DNA of 20,000 bases, from assembly GCA_038087875.1 (NCBI GenBank), contig JAXLNO010000110.1:796368-816367 (forward strand). The letters are read 5' to 3'. Under the pieces are notes generated by a model. The model had not been told where the DNA came from and did not search any database. It worked only from the letters and a program-made list of their open reading frames with translations. Shown piece by piece: positions 10,990-20,000 of the stretch. The DNA comes from Malacoraja senta (taxonomy: Eukaryota). A program made the translations under genes and the position numbers. The stretch's first letter is position 1, and every line of letters starts with the position of its first letter.

Positions 10990-11250
10990 ACCTCGCCGCC
11001 GCACTGGGCCTACCCACCTCCGCGCCGCACTGGGGGCCTACCCACCTCCGCGCCGCACCGGGCCTACCCACCTCCGCGCCGCACTGGGGGCCTACCCACC
11101 TCCGCGCCGCACCGGGCCTACCCACCTCCGCGCCGCACTGGGGGCCTACCCGCCTCTGCGCCGCACCGGGCATACCCACCTCCCCGCCGCACTGGGGACC
11201 TACCCACCTCCGCGCCGCACCGAGCCTACCCACCTCCCCGCCCCACCGAC
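10990..11250. repeat. GC-rich minisatellite of alternating 28/26-bp monomers (54-bp higher-order unit)
   Basis: ggcctacccacctccgcgccgcactggg alternates with ggcctacccacctccgcgccgcaccg, giving the 18-aa periodicity seen in the ORF track. Confidence 0.93.
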
Positions 11251-11613
11251 CATCCGCCCACTGGGACCTCCCACGCATTGCCCGCTGACCCTCGCCACTC
11301 CACCGCCCTCCAGCAGCCCGCAGCCGTCGCCTTACCTGCAGCCTGGACTGAGCACCGGGCCTGAAGTTTCCTTGCTGCAGACTCCAACTCCCCTGAATTT
11401 GACTGCGCTGGGTCCTAGTGCTAGTCCACTCCACCCTGGTAACCTCAGTGGCTGTTCCACTGGGTCTTCCCCATTCCCCTCAAACCATGTGACCCCAGCT
11501 CTTCCCCACCCACACTACAGTCCTCATACCCCCCTACCCCCTGACCACCCGCCAGGCCCGCACCAGACATCGCCTCGGCCTCAGTCCACTCACCTGCCTT
11601 CCTCTGGCCTTGA

Positions 11614-11738
11614 CGCGGCCCAAGGCTGGGAGCTCCGCAAACCACAGCTCCACGATGTTGAAGCAGCAGGCCCAACACTCCAGAGCTTCAAACGGCAACC
11701 CAGGTAAGGCATAGCCCGCTCCGCGGTGAATCCAATAT
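11614..11738. repeat. Direct repeat of 13076-13200 (112 bp identical); fragment of the GC-rich retroposon core
   Basis: 11627-11738 equals 13089-13200 exactly. The match extends 13 bp to the left with 2 mismatches. Confidence 0.95.
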
Positions 11739-12823
11739 TCCTTCTTTTCATCCTCCACAAAGAGATGGGAAGTTCTAAAATCATTTTTGCAACCTCAGTC
11801 AAAAGTGCCTAAATAGGTGGGAGGCACATGCAAAAGCCACAGAAGTTATTTTGGAAAGTTACAGCGCTATCACTCAGTCATTTGTACTCTGATGTTAATG
11901 TGAAGGGTGATACCAGGCTTCAAGCTAACAATCTTTTGCAGAAAATGGAAGAACTGGAATTTGTTTTTATGCTAAATTTTTGGACCCGTCTGCTAGGTCA
12001 TTTCCACAAGGTCAACAAAGCCATTCAGAAATCCAAACTGTTATTGAGTACTTGTGCAAGTTTGTACAGTTCACTTCATGATTTTGTAAGCAAAATTAGA
12101 GAAGATTTTGAGGAGCTTGAGCAACAAGCAAAGGCCACCTTGCCAGATGTTAACTACAGAACTGTCACAGGGAGACAACGAGTAAGGAAATGGCAAGGAA
12201 ATGATGGAAGTGCACCTCGTCCTGATGCTTTAGATAAACTCTCTTCAAGAGATAAGTTTAGGATAAAATCCTTTATTCCTATACTAGCTGCACTTGAAAC
12301 CAATTAAAAAAGAAGAGGTACTGTGTACAGTGAAGTTGCACAACAGTTTTCATTTCTTACTAATCTGACTGCATCTAAGCAAGAAATTCAGCAAGGTGTT
12401 GAACTGTTGATGGAAGCATACCCAGAAGATGTTGACCTGAAACTTACTGATGAACTTTTGCACTTTCACTCGTATGTGAGACAAAGCCATAGGCATACAG
12501 AAGAGTACTCTCTGTTTCATACAGACCGTTATCAAATAATATACAAGGAAACAATTGAGATGGCCTTCCCTAATGTGGAAGCAATCTTGCGGCTGTTTCT
12601 TAGCTTAATGGTCACCAACTGCTCGGGAGAGCGGTATTTTTCAAGACTCAAAAGAATTAAAAATGAATGAAGGTCCACAATGTCTCAAGAGTGGTTGTCT
12701 GCACTGAGCATTATGTGCATTGAGAGTGACAAACTTAGACAAACACATCTTGGTGAACTACTAAATGATTTTGCTATGAAGAAGGCGAGAAAAAAATCAT
12801 TTTTGCTCTTAGTGTATTTGTAG
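11736..12823 (+). pseudogene. hAT transposase C-terminal half incl. dimerisation domain (ZMYM1-like), with stops and frameshifts
   Basis: YSFFSSSTKRW, then WEAH, then FPNVEAILRLFLSLMVTNCSGERYFSRLKRIKNE*RSTMSQEWLSALSIMCIESD...DFAMKKARK. Confidence 0.9.
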
Positions 12824-12847
12824 TTTCTTTATTTCTTAATATTCCAC

Positions 12848-13196
12848 ATTCAATTCAAGAGACACTTATTGTCACATGCACCAATAGGTACAATGAAATT
12901 TGGGGGTCACCATCCGACGTCGGAACGGGAGAACATTCTCAGCGGCTTGGACTTCCGAATCGGCCACTTCCTACCGGAGACAGCGGCTCCCGAAGTCCAC
13001 AGGCTGAGCTGGGCGGAGATTCACGCTGGCAGCCCTCGGCAAAAAGTTCCCAGGGCTCCGCGATGTTGAAATCAGCGCGGCTCAAGGATGGGAGCTCCGC
13101 AAACCACAGCTCCACGATGTTGAAGCAGCAGGCCCAACACTCCAGAGCTTCAAACGGCAACCCAGGTAAGGCATAGCCCGCTCCGCGGTGAATCCA
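12848..13196 (-). mobile_element. Truncated non-coding retroposon: GC-rich core shared with 3854-4844/6676-7711 but with a Rex1/Babar-type tail
   Basis: On -, the 3' end AATTTCATTGTACC...ATGTGACAATAA...TTGAATTGAAT resembles the Rex1/Babar tail at ~14480-14543. 12912-13190 aligns by eye with 4285-4535. Confidence 0.72.
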
Positions 13197-13429
13197 ATAT
13201 GTATTTTAAAACCAACTGTTTAATGACAACATACAGTATGATCTAAAAGTGTCACACTGTCACTATCGGGTAATCATGGTCCTCTAGTCGTGGGGGTGGG
13301 CGATTGGGAGGGGGGGGCTCACAAGTGAAATAGCTTTGGGCCTCTCTTCATCTAAATCCGGCCCTGGTCCGGCGCTTCATATACTTTGAAGCATTCTGTT
13401 CCAAAGAACATTATGTTAATGTTGCCGAG

Positions 13430-14690
13430 CTCCTCAGACTTCTCGAGATAAAATATGCGAAGTATTCATGAAGGGCCTCTCCCAACTCCTGCGGCTCCAC
13501 ACATAAATGTCCACTTTGGTCTCTCATGGGCCCTATTCCTTCCGAGCTACAATATATTTATAAAGCCTCTTTGGTTATCCTTACCCTCTCCGTCAAAGAA
13601 TTATGATCCCTACCATTGACTGTCTTGCCTTCACTCTGGCAGGACATGCAGATCTTGAATTCTCGCTGTGACATATTTCAAAGCACCCAGCATGCCATGT
13701 GTCCGTTTCCCGCAAGCAACTTGCTTGAATCTAGTTTGCGCACACGCCTTTTTCTTGTCCCTATTTAATTAAGGATTAGTTATGTATATTCCCATAACTG
13801 TTTGAAAACTAATAAAACTGTGGCCATTGGCCCAAAGCACTCCCCCTGCTAAGTTTGCCATTTTCCCTCATCTATTTCGCTAGAGTAGGTTACGCTTTGC
13901 TCTACTCCCAGTCGGACATTGTATATATTGCCTAAGGAAACACACGTCGCAAATTTCACCCTTTACAAGCCATTGGAATTATTGAAAACCCAGTGTATGC
14001 TAGGAAATTTAATATACCTACCATGACAACCTTTCTGTTTATGAACATTTCCACAATCACTCAGCACTTGAACGACCAGCAGCGAAAAAGACTACAAAGG
14101 GTTGTGACCACTGCCCAGGCCATCACCGGCTTTGAACTCCCCACCGTGGAAAGGGATCTGTCGTAGTGGCTGCCTCAAAAATGTAGCCAAAATCATCAAA
14201 GACCCACACTATCCTGGCCACACACTGATTTCACCATTACCACCAGGAAGAAGGTACAGGAGCCTGAAAACTGTAACGTCAAGGTTCAGCAACAGCTTCT
14301 TCCCTACAGCCAACAGGCTATTAAACACAACAACGAATAAGCTCTGAGCTCTGAACTGCAAAATATTATAATATGATTGCACTATATTTGTTATTTATTG
14401 AACGTTTTCTTTTTTTTCCTCTTCCCCCGTTATATACTATGTTTACATATTCATATATTATGTTGTGGTGCAGCAAGTAAGAATTTCATTGTCCCCTCCG
14501 GGACATATGACAATAAAACACATCTTGACTCTTGACTTGACTCATGTTTGTTCCGCTTATTCATATTGACTATTTGAGCGTTTATAACACAACCCTAGCA
14601 AGCGATCTACCCTTGTTATTTCGCAGGCTTCAGTAATTTAAACTCAGACTACCGCCATGATGTTTTCCCTAATCATAAATGCACAAGTTA
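13430..14690 (-). mobile_element. Old, heavily decayed CR1 LINE fragment (endonuclease/tether region), interrupted by Rex1/Babar
   Basis: Manual - strand translation gives IGPMRDQSGHLCVEPQELGEALHEYFA (13455-13540), FLRQYIQCPT and KVVMV (13910-14035), and AFMIRENIMAV (14650-14685), all CR1 ORF2-like. Confidence 0.7.
14065..14543 (+). mobile_element. Rex1/Babar LINE 3' fragment
   Basis: RKRLQRVVTTAQAITGFELP/...IIKDPHYPGHTLISPLPPGRRYRSLKTVTSRFSNSFFPTANRLLN, then the tail aatttcattgt...atgacaataaa...(cttga)n. Confidence 0.88.
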
Positions 14691-14711
14691 AAATTTTCGA
14701 GTCGCCTTTGC

Positions 14712-16524
14712 ACACAGGAGGGGTGCCGGAAGACTAGAGGGTGGGAAATGATGTGCCTCTATTCAAGAAGGGCTGCAGGGAAAATGCTGGGAACTATAGA
14801 CCGGTGACCTTAACATCGGTAGTTGGGAAGTTACTGGAAAGTATTTTGAGGGACTGGTTACACAGGCATTTGGAAGGGCAAGGGCTGATTAGGGATAGTC
14901 AGTATAATTTTGTACGTGGGAGGTGGTGTCTCACAAATCTGATTTATTTTATTTGAAGACGTGACCAAAAAGGTCGATGAGGACAGAGCGGTAGATGGTG
15001 TATACATGGATTTCAGGGCGTTGGACAAAGTAACGCAGGGCAGGCTGCTCTGGAAGGTTAGATCGCATGGGATCCAAGGAGAGATGGCTGAATACATAGC
15101 AAATTGTCTTCATGGAAGGAAGCAGAACGTGATGGTGGAAGGTTGCTTCTCGCATGGGTGGCCCGTGATTAGTGCTGTGCCTCAGGGTTCGGTGCTGGGC
15201 CTGTTACTGTTTGTCATCTACATCAATGATTTGGATGAGAACATACAGGGCAAGATTACGAAGTTTGCAGATGATACAAAAGTGAGTGGTTTTCCAGATA
15301 GTAAACATGATTGTGAAACATTGCAGCAGGATCTTGATCGATTGGCCAGGTAGGCTGAGGAATGATTGATGGAATATAATACAAAGAAATGTGAGGCGGT
15401 GCATTTTTGGGGATGTCTAACAAGGACACGACCTTCACATTGAATGGTACGGCTCTGGGGAGTGTTGCAGAGCAGAGGGATCTAACAGTGCAGGTGCATG
15501 ATTCCTTCAAGGTCGTGTCGCAGGCTGATCAGGTTGTTAAAAAAAGACTTTTGGCACATTGGCCTCCATCAGTCGGAGCATTGTATAAACGTTGGGAGGT
15601 GATGTTCCAGTTGTATAAGACAACAAGGTGGCGCAGCGGTAGAGTTGCTGCCTTACAGCCTTGCCACGCCGGAGATCCGGGTTCGAACCTGACTACCGGG
15701 TTGTCTGTACGGAGTATGTACGTTCTCCCGTGACCTGCGTGGGTTTTCTCCGAGCTCTTCGGTTTCCTCCCACACTCCAAAGACGTACAGGTTTGTAGGT
15801 TAATTGGCTTGCTGTTAATGTAAATAGCCCTTAGTGGGTGAAGGATAGTGTTAGTGTGCGGGATCGCTGGTCGGCGTGGAATCGGTGGGCCGAAGGGCCT
15901 TTTCCGCGCTGTATCTCTAAACTAATCTAAACTAAACTAAACGATGGTAAGACTGCATTTAGAATATTGTGTTCACTATTTTCTATGTTTCTATGTTTCC
16001 ATGTTTCTGGGCGCCGTGTTATAGGAAAGGTATTGTCAAGCTTGAAAGGATTCAAAGATTTACGATGATGTTTCCAGGACTAGAGGGTCTGAGCTACAGG
16101 AAGAGGTTGAGTTGGCTGGGTCTCTATACCTTCGAGCGCAGGAGGATTAGGGTGGTGTTATAGAGGTGTAGAAAATCATGAGAGGAATAGATCGCTTTGG
16201 TGTACAGAATCTCTTGCCCACAGTAGGGAAACGAGGACCAGAGGACAAATGTTCACGGTGAAGGGGTAAAGATTTAATATGAATCCGAGGGATAACTTTT
16301 TCACACAAATGGTGGCGGCTGTATGAAACAAGGTCGAGGTAGTTGAGGCTGGGACTATCCCATTGCTTAAAAACAGTTAGGCAGGTACATGAATAGGACA
16401 TGTATGGATATGGACCACGCGGAGGCAAGTGGGACTAGTGAAGCTGGGACATTGTTGGCTGGTGTGGACGAGTTGGGCCGAACGGCCTGTTTCCACACTG
16501 TTTCACTCTATAACTGTGACTCTA
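14712..16524 (+). mobile_element. CR1 LINE, 5'-truncated, decayed RT (HER1-like), with nested SINE
   Basis: PLFKKG...NYRPVTLTSVVGKLLE, VYMDF, VPQGSVLG.LLFVIYINDL, KFADDTK, LYKT..R.HLEYC. The 3' end reads gggccgaacggcctgtttccacactgt...ctcta. Confidence 0.93.
15623..15941 (+). mobile_element. tRNA-derived SINE of HE1/V-SINE type with CR1-derived tail
   Basis: A box tggcgcagcgg (15629-15639), B box ggttcgaacc (15680-15689), V-domain-like cgttctcccgtgacctgcgtgggttttctccg...ggtttcctcccaca, tail gggccgaagggcct...ctgtatctct(ctaaa)n. It splits CR1 LYKT / MVRLHLEYC. Confidence 0.9.
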
Positions 16525-16757
16525 AGTGGAATCAAAAGTAAGGACCTCAAGAACGATCATCCTGATCATCCCGCCCACCCCCTTATAATTGACTAGATTA
16601 ATTGGGAGGAATGTCATGGCGAATTGACTGGCGGCTATGCCTGTATAAACGAAACTGCTAGATTGGACCATTGACTGTCCTGCATTAAGATCATAAGTTT
16701 AAAGGATCAAAAGTGCCAGGAGTAGAATTAGGTCATTAATCTCTTAACGTCTACTCT

Positions 16758-16933
16758 GCCAGGAAGGCCTGAAAGCTCTCCTTTACGCCGTCGACCTCAA
16801 ACCTATCCAATTTTAAATGTTCAGTCAGTCTACACCTCCAACCCATACCAGGAAGGTTCAAGTTCAAGTTCAATTGAGTTCCTGGGCCTGAAAGCCCTCC
16901 GTTTCTACCTCGACCGTTGGACCATCCAATTTC
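16758..16933 (+). mobile_element. Two short degenerate Penelope RT scraps
   Basis: Imperfect duplication ggcctgaaagc.ctcc.ttt...tcgacc...atccaattt, translating like YTS.P.QEGLKALRFYLDR..IQF. Confidence 0.45.
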
Positions 16934-17636
16934 TGGATGCGAACGAATGTATTGATTTGGCTACCCCTATGATCGGTCTGTAAAGAGCAACAATTGCGTC
17001 AGAATAGGAGACAACCCGCTTTCATGTTGAGGCACCCCATGAATATGAAGCAATGCTTCAATCTAGGTTGTTACATTGAGATTATCGACGGATGAACTGG
17101 AGTAGCGAATGGTAGACTGCGACGAACAGTATTCAAGTAGAATCAGGAAAAGGATGGGTGCCCTTACCGCCGCCGCTCTCTCGTAGTGCTCTCTCGTAGC
17201 TAAAATCTGAGCGATTATCTCATGATTATTATCTACTTTGGGATGGTATGGAAATATCGTTGTTTCTCCATTGGGATATGAGGCGCAGTGGATCAGACAA
17301 TGCCGGCTCATTTGTTAAATTATGATAATGAACAGATATTGTACAAGTTGTTTTCAAGATCAGGCATCCAATTGTTCTATAAATGAAGGCCATCTCGGGC
17401 TCTGAACTACGCTTCAGACTGAACTGTGTGGACGCAGCGAAAGCTCCACCACGTTCTCATAAAGGGAACCACAGAGCTGTGCACCAGTTGAATTGGTCGG
17501 AATTCAACAGAGACCAGTATTTGTGTTCGTCAGCGTTTAATTTCTGATCTCTGCCTTTTTTTTAAACCATTGGAAGCATTTTGAATAGTTAGCTGATTCC
17601 GGTAACGGGTGATTCCAGCAGAGATGGCAGGATGTG

Positions 17637-17691
17637 ATGGCGGATTTTTCCACTATATTCTACACGTTTGTTGTCGCCATTGGGATCCCTG
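17637..17691 (+). CDS. gpr139-like: GPR139-like class A GPCR, first coding exon (short N-terminus + TM1)
   Basis: gtgATGG context; MADFSTIFYTFVVAIGIP, then G|gtaaat donor (phase 1) that joins in frame to the exon at 19734. An in-frame TGA lies upstream at 17610. Confidence 0.8.
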
Positions 17692-17918
17692 GTAAATACT
17701 TCTTGTAACAGATTAATTATGGGGAATTGACGATTTCAGATTGGTGACGGAACCTTATTTTATTTTCCTCACAATTCATTTGTTGTTGACGATCCATTCA
17801 TTATCAACAGCCTCTCAGATCGCTGGTGGCCTTGCTTCATATTTTCCACCTTTTATATTATTTGGAATTATTTCGTCACTAAACGACGAGCGATGTGGCC
17901 GTTCAGTTATACTCATTT

Positions 17919-19073
17919 TATACACTTCCCTACCATACCTTGACCTCACTATCTCCATCGCAGGTGATAGACTTGTGACCGACATCCACTATAAACCTAC
18001 TGACTCCCATGGCTATCTGGACTACACTTCTTCCCACCCTGCTTCCTGTAAGGACTCCATCCCCCACTCCCAATTCCTCCGTCTACGCCGCATCTGCTCG
18101 CAGGATTAGGCGTTCCACACCAGGGCATCTGAAATGTCCCCATTCTTCGGGGAACGGGTGTTCCCCTCATCCACCATAGATGAGGCTCGCACCAGGGTCT
18201 CTGCCATACCCCGCAACACTGCTCTCTCTCCCCATCCCCCACTCGCAACAAGGGCAGAGCCCCGTAGTCCTCACCTTTCACCCCACCAGCCGTCGCATAC
18301 AACAAGTAATCCTCCGTCGGTTTCGCCACCTCCAACGTGACCCCACCACTCGCCACATCTTCCCATCTCCCTCCATGTCTGCCTTCCGCAAAGACCGCTC
18401 CCTCCATAACCCCCTTGTTAATTCGTCCCTTCCCTCCCGTACCACCCCCTCCCCGGGCACTTTCCCTTGCAACCGCAAGAGATGCAACACTTGTCCCTTC
18501 ACCTCTCCCCTCGACTCCATTCAAGGACCTAAGCAGTCGTTCCAGCTGCGACAGAGGTTCACCTGCATTTCCTCCAACCTCATCTATTGCATCCGCTGCT
18601 CTAGATGTCAGCTGATCTACATCGGTGAGACCAAGCGGAGGCTTGGCGATCGTTTCGCCGAACACCTCCGCTCGGTCCGCAATAACCAACCTGACCTCGC
18701 GGTGGCTCAGCACTTCAACTCCCCCTCCCATTCCGTATCCGACCTCTCTGTCCTGGTTCTCCTCCACGGCCAGAGCGAGCAACACCGGAAATTGGAGGAA
18801 CAGCACCTCATATTCCGCTTGGGCAGTCTACATCCTGGAGACATGAACATTGAATTCTCCCAATTCTGTTAGCCCTTCCTGTCCCCTCCCCTTCCTCAGC
18901 CCTCCGGTTGTCTCCTCCCATCCCTCAGCCCTCGGGCTCCTCCTCCGACTTTTTCCTTTCTTCTCCCCACCCCCCATCAGTCTGAAGAAGGGTTTCGGCC
19001 CGAAACGTTGCCGGTGTCCTTCGCTCCACAGATGCTGCTGCACCCGCTGAGTTTCTCCAGCATTTTTGTGTAC
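17919..19073 (+). mobile_element. Penelope-like element, 5'-truncated (RT thumb + GIY-YIG endonuclease, disrupted), in GPCR intron
   Basis: LPYLDLTI...YKPTDSHGYLDYTSSHP; CNRKRCNTC; NLIYCIRCSRCQLIYIGETKRRLGDRFAEH. Perfect 15-bp TSD cagttatactcattt at 17904-17918 and 19074-19088. Confidence 0.95.
18975..19016 (+). ncRNA. Minimal type I hammerhead ribozyme-like motif of the Penelope 3' end
   Basis: CTGAAGA (18982-18988), an extra A, stem II GGGT-TTCG-GCCC, GAAA (19002-19005), palindromic ACGT, GTT triplet, and an imperfect stem I catcagt/gccggtg. Confidence 0.6.
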
Positions 19074-19733
19074 CAGTTATACTCATTTGTCGTCTCGTAC
19101 TCTCGGGCTTAGGTCATCGCTGATACACAATTTCCATGGAAATGCGGACTTGTTCCTCTTATTGTCATGTGCTGAAATGCGACCGCTCATCCCAATTATT
19201 TGAAGATCTCTGATGGCGTTCGAGTGCCTTAAAAATGCACCGAGGCAATTAGAACTGTCCATGTCCGCAACACGATCCAACTTCTCGCTGCAGCTTATCA
19301 TTGGGGGTAAATGAAATTGATCTTCTTTTTTTTAAATCTGATTTTATTTATTTTTATATTTTAGTAGTCGCTAACCATTTGACAAGTTAGTTACCAAGGC
19401 GAAGTCTCCAAGACGACTCTGGTTCTCATTGTTGCGCTGCCGTTAAATAACTCTCCGCCGGTTTCATCAGTTTGGGTTTTTGTTAAAACCTTGTTGGTGA
19501 ATGCCAGCGGGTCCTGTAATCCCTGCGAGGAACGACAATAAAATGCCTGGTATAAAGCACTTAATCGGAGCTATGCAAATAAGGCAATTCATTCCCATTC
19601 TGGTTGTGCGGATTCGTCGAGGTTATGGATGTCCACTAGGTGCACACGTAATGTGCGGACGCTTGTTTTTCAAACGCGCTTCGATTGTCTGTTGCAATTT
19701 GTCACGTTTTACTTTTGTTTTCTTTCTCTCAAG

Positions 19734-20000
19734 CTAATTTGTTTGCAATCGTCATTCTCTGCCGAGGAAAGTGTGGTCTCTCCAAATGCATCACCTGCTA
19801 TCTCGTGTCGATGTCTGCGGCGGATTTAATGGTTGTGATCATCGAAGTCCTGATGTACCAAATGATGAATGCATATGATATGTACTGGTTTGATTATCAA
19901 TCTTCTTTCGTCAAATTGGTTGTAGTTCTGAGACAAGTTCCGTTCTGGCTTGTCCACTACACCTTCTGCAAGGTGGTTTTAGATTGTTCTGTGTGGCTTA
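19734..20000 (+). CDS. gpr139-like: GPR139-like class A GPCR, second coding exon (end TM1-TM3; runs off window)
   Basis: Polypyrimidine tract + aag| acceptor. Open frame (A)NLFAIVILCRGKCGLSKCITCYLVSMSAADLMVVIIEVLMYQMMNAYDMYWFDYQSSFVKLVVVLRQVPFWLVHYTFCKVVLDCSVWL. RGKCGLSKCIT.YLV.M..ADL and DCSVWL are hallmarks of elasmobranch GPR139-like paralogues. Confidence 0.92.

Larger units (their letters stand above)
11736..13366 (+). mobile_element. hAT DNA transposon remnant (3' part with right TIR; Tip100-like by TIR sequence)
   Basis: Transposase C-terminal half followed by ...ctaaatccggccctg at 13352-13366 (reverse complement CAGGGCCGGATTTAG, a hAT-type TIR). No left TIR and no matching 8-bp TSD (gtccggcg) were found in the window. 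Confidence 0.85.

Noticed and set aside
10459..11707. Long Pro/Arg-rich ORFs in several frames
   Set aside because: They are open only because of GC-rich, stop-poor minisatellites, with no domain motifs.
15629..15700. Functional tRNA gene
   Set aside because: The A/B boxes are the head of a SINE, followed by a V-domain and CR1-like tail.
17368..17384. CCAAT + TATAAAT as GPCR promoter
   Set aside because: Spacing is too tight and there is no independent evidence for the transcription start.
17997..18806. 269-aa ORF on -
   Set aside because: Antisense shadow of the Penelope ORF.
19573..19580. Octamer ATGCAAAT in the intron
   Set aside because: A single 8-mer is expected by chance, and no Ig or snRNA gene is nearby.

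Overview
Repeat-dense vertebrate genomic DNA, most likely from a cartilaginous fish (skate/ray/shark). This is inferred from an HE1/V-SINE-type SINE and a GPR139-like GPCR of the type expanded in elasmobranchs. The only host gene is a two-exon, GPR139-like class A GPCR on + (coding exon 1 at 17637-17691, exon 2 from 19734 running off the window); it is not in the ORF track. The rest is nested mobile DNA: a 5'-truncated, decayed L1 on - (1461-8914) flanked by a 158-bp direct repeat; a hAT transposase remnant with one TIR; old and younger CR1 LINEs; a Rex1/Babar 3' fragment; a tRNA-derived SINE; a Penelope element with a 15-bp TSD and a hammerhead-like motif inside the GPCR intron; and micro/minisatellites. 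The most unusual signal is a non-coding, GC-rich, non-tRNA retroposon family with four pieces here. It has YY1-like motifs, and its shared core is attached to an L2-type tail in two copies and a Rex1/Babar-type tail in another. Both long copies carry fold-back inverted duplications of their own 5' end. All alignments and translations were done by eye; no database searches were run.
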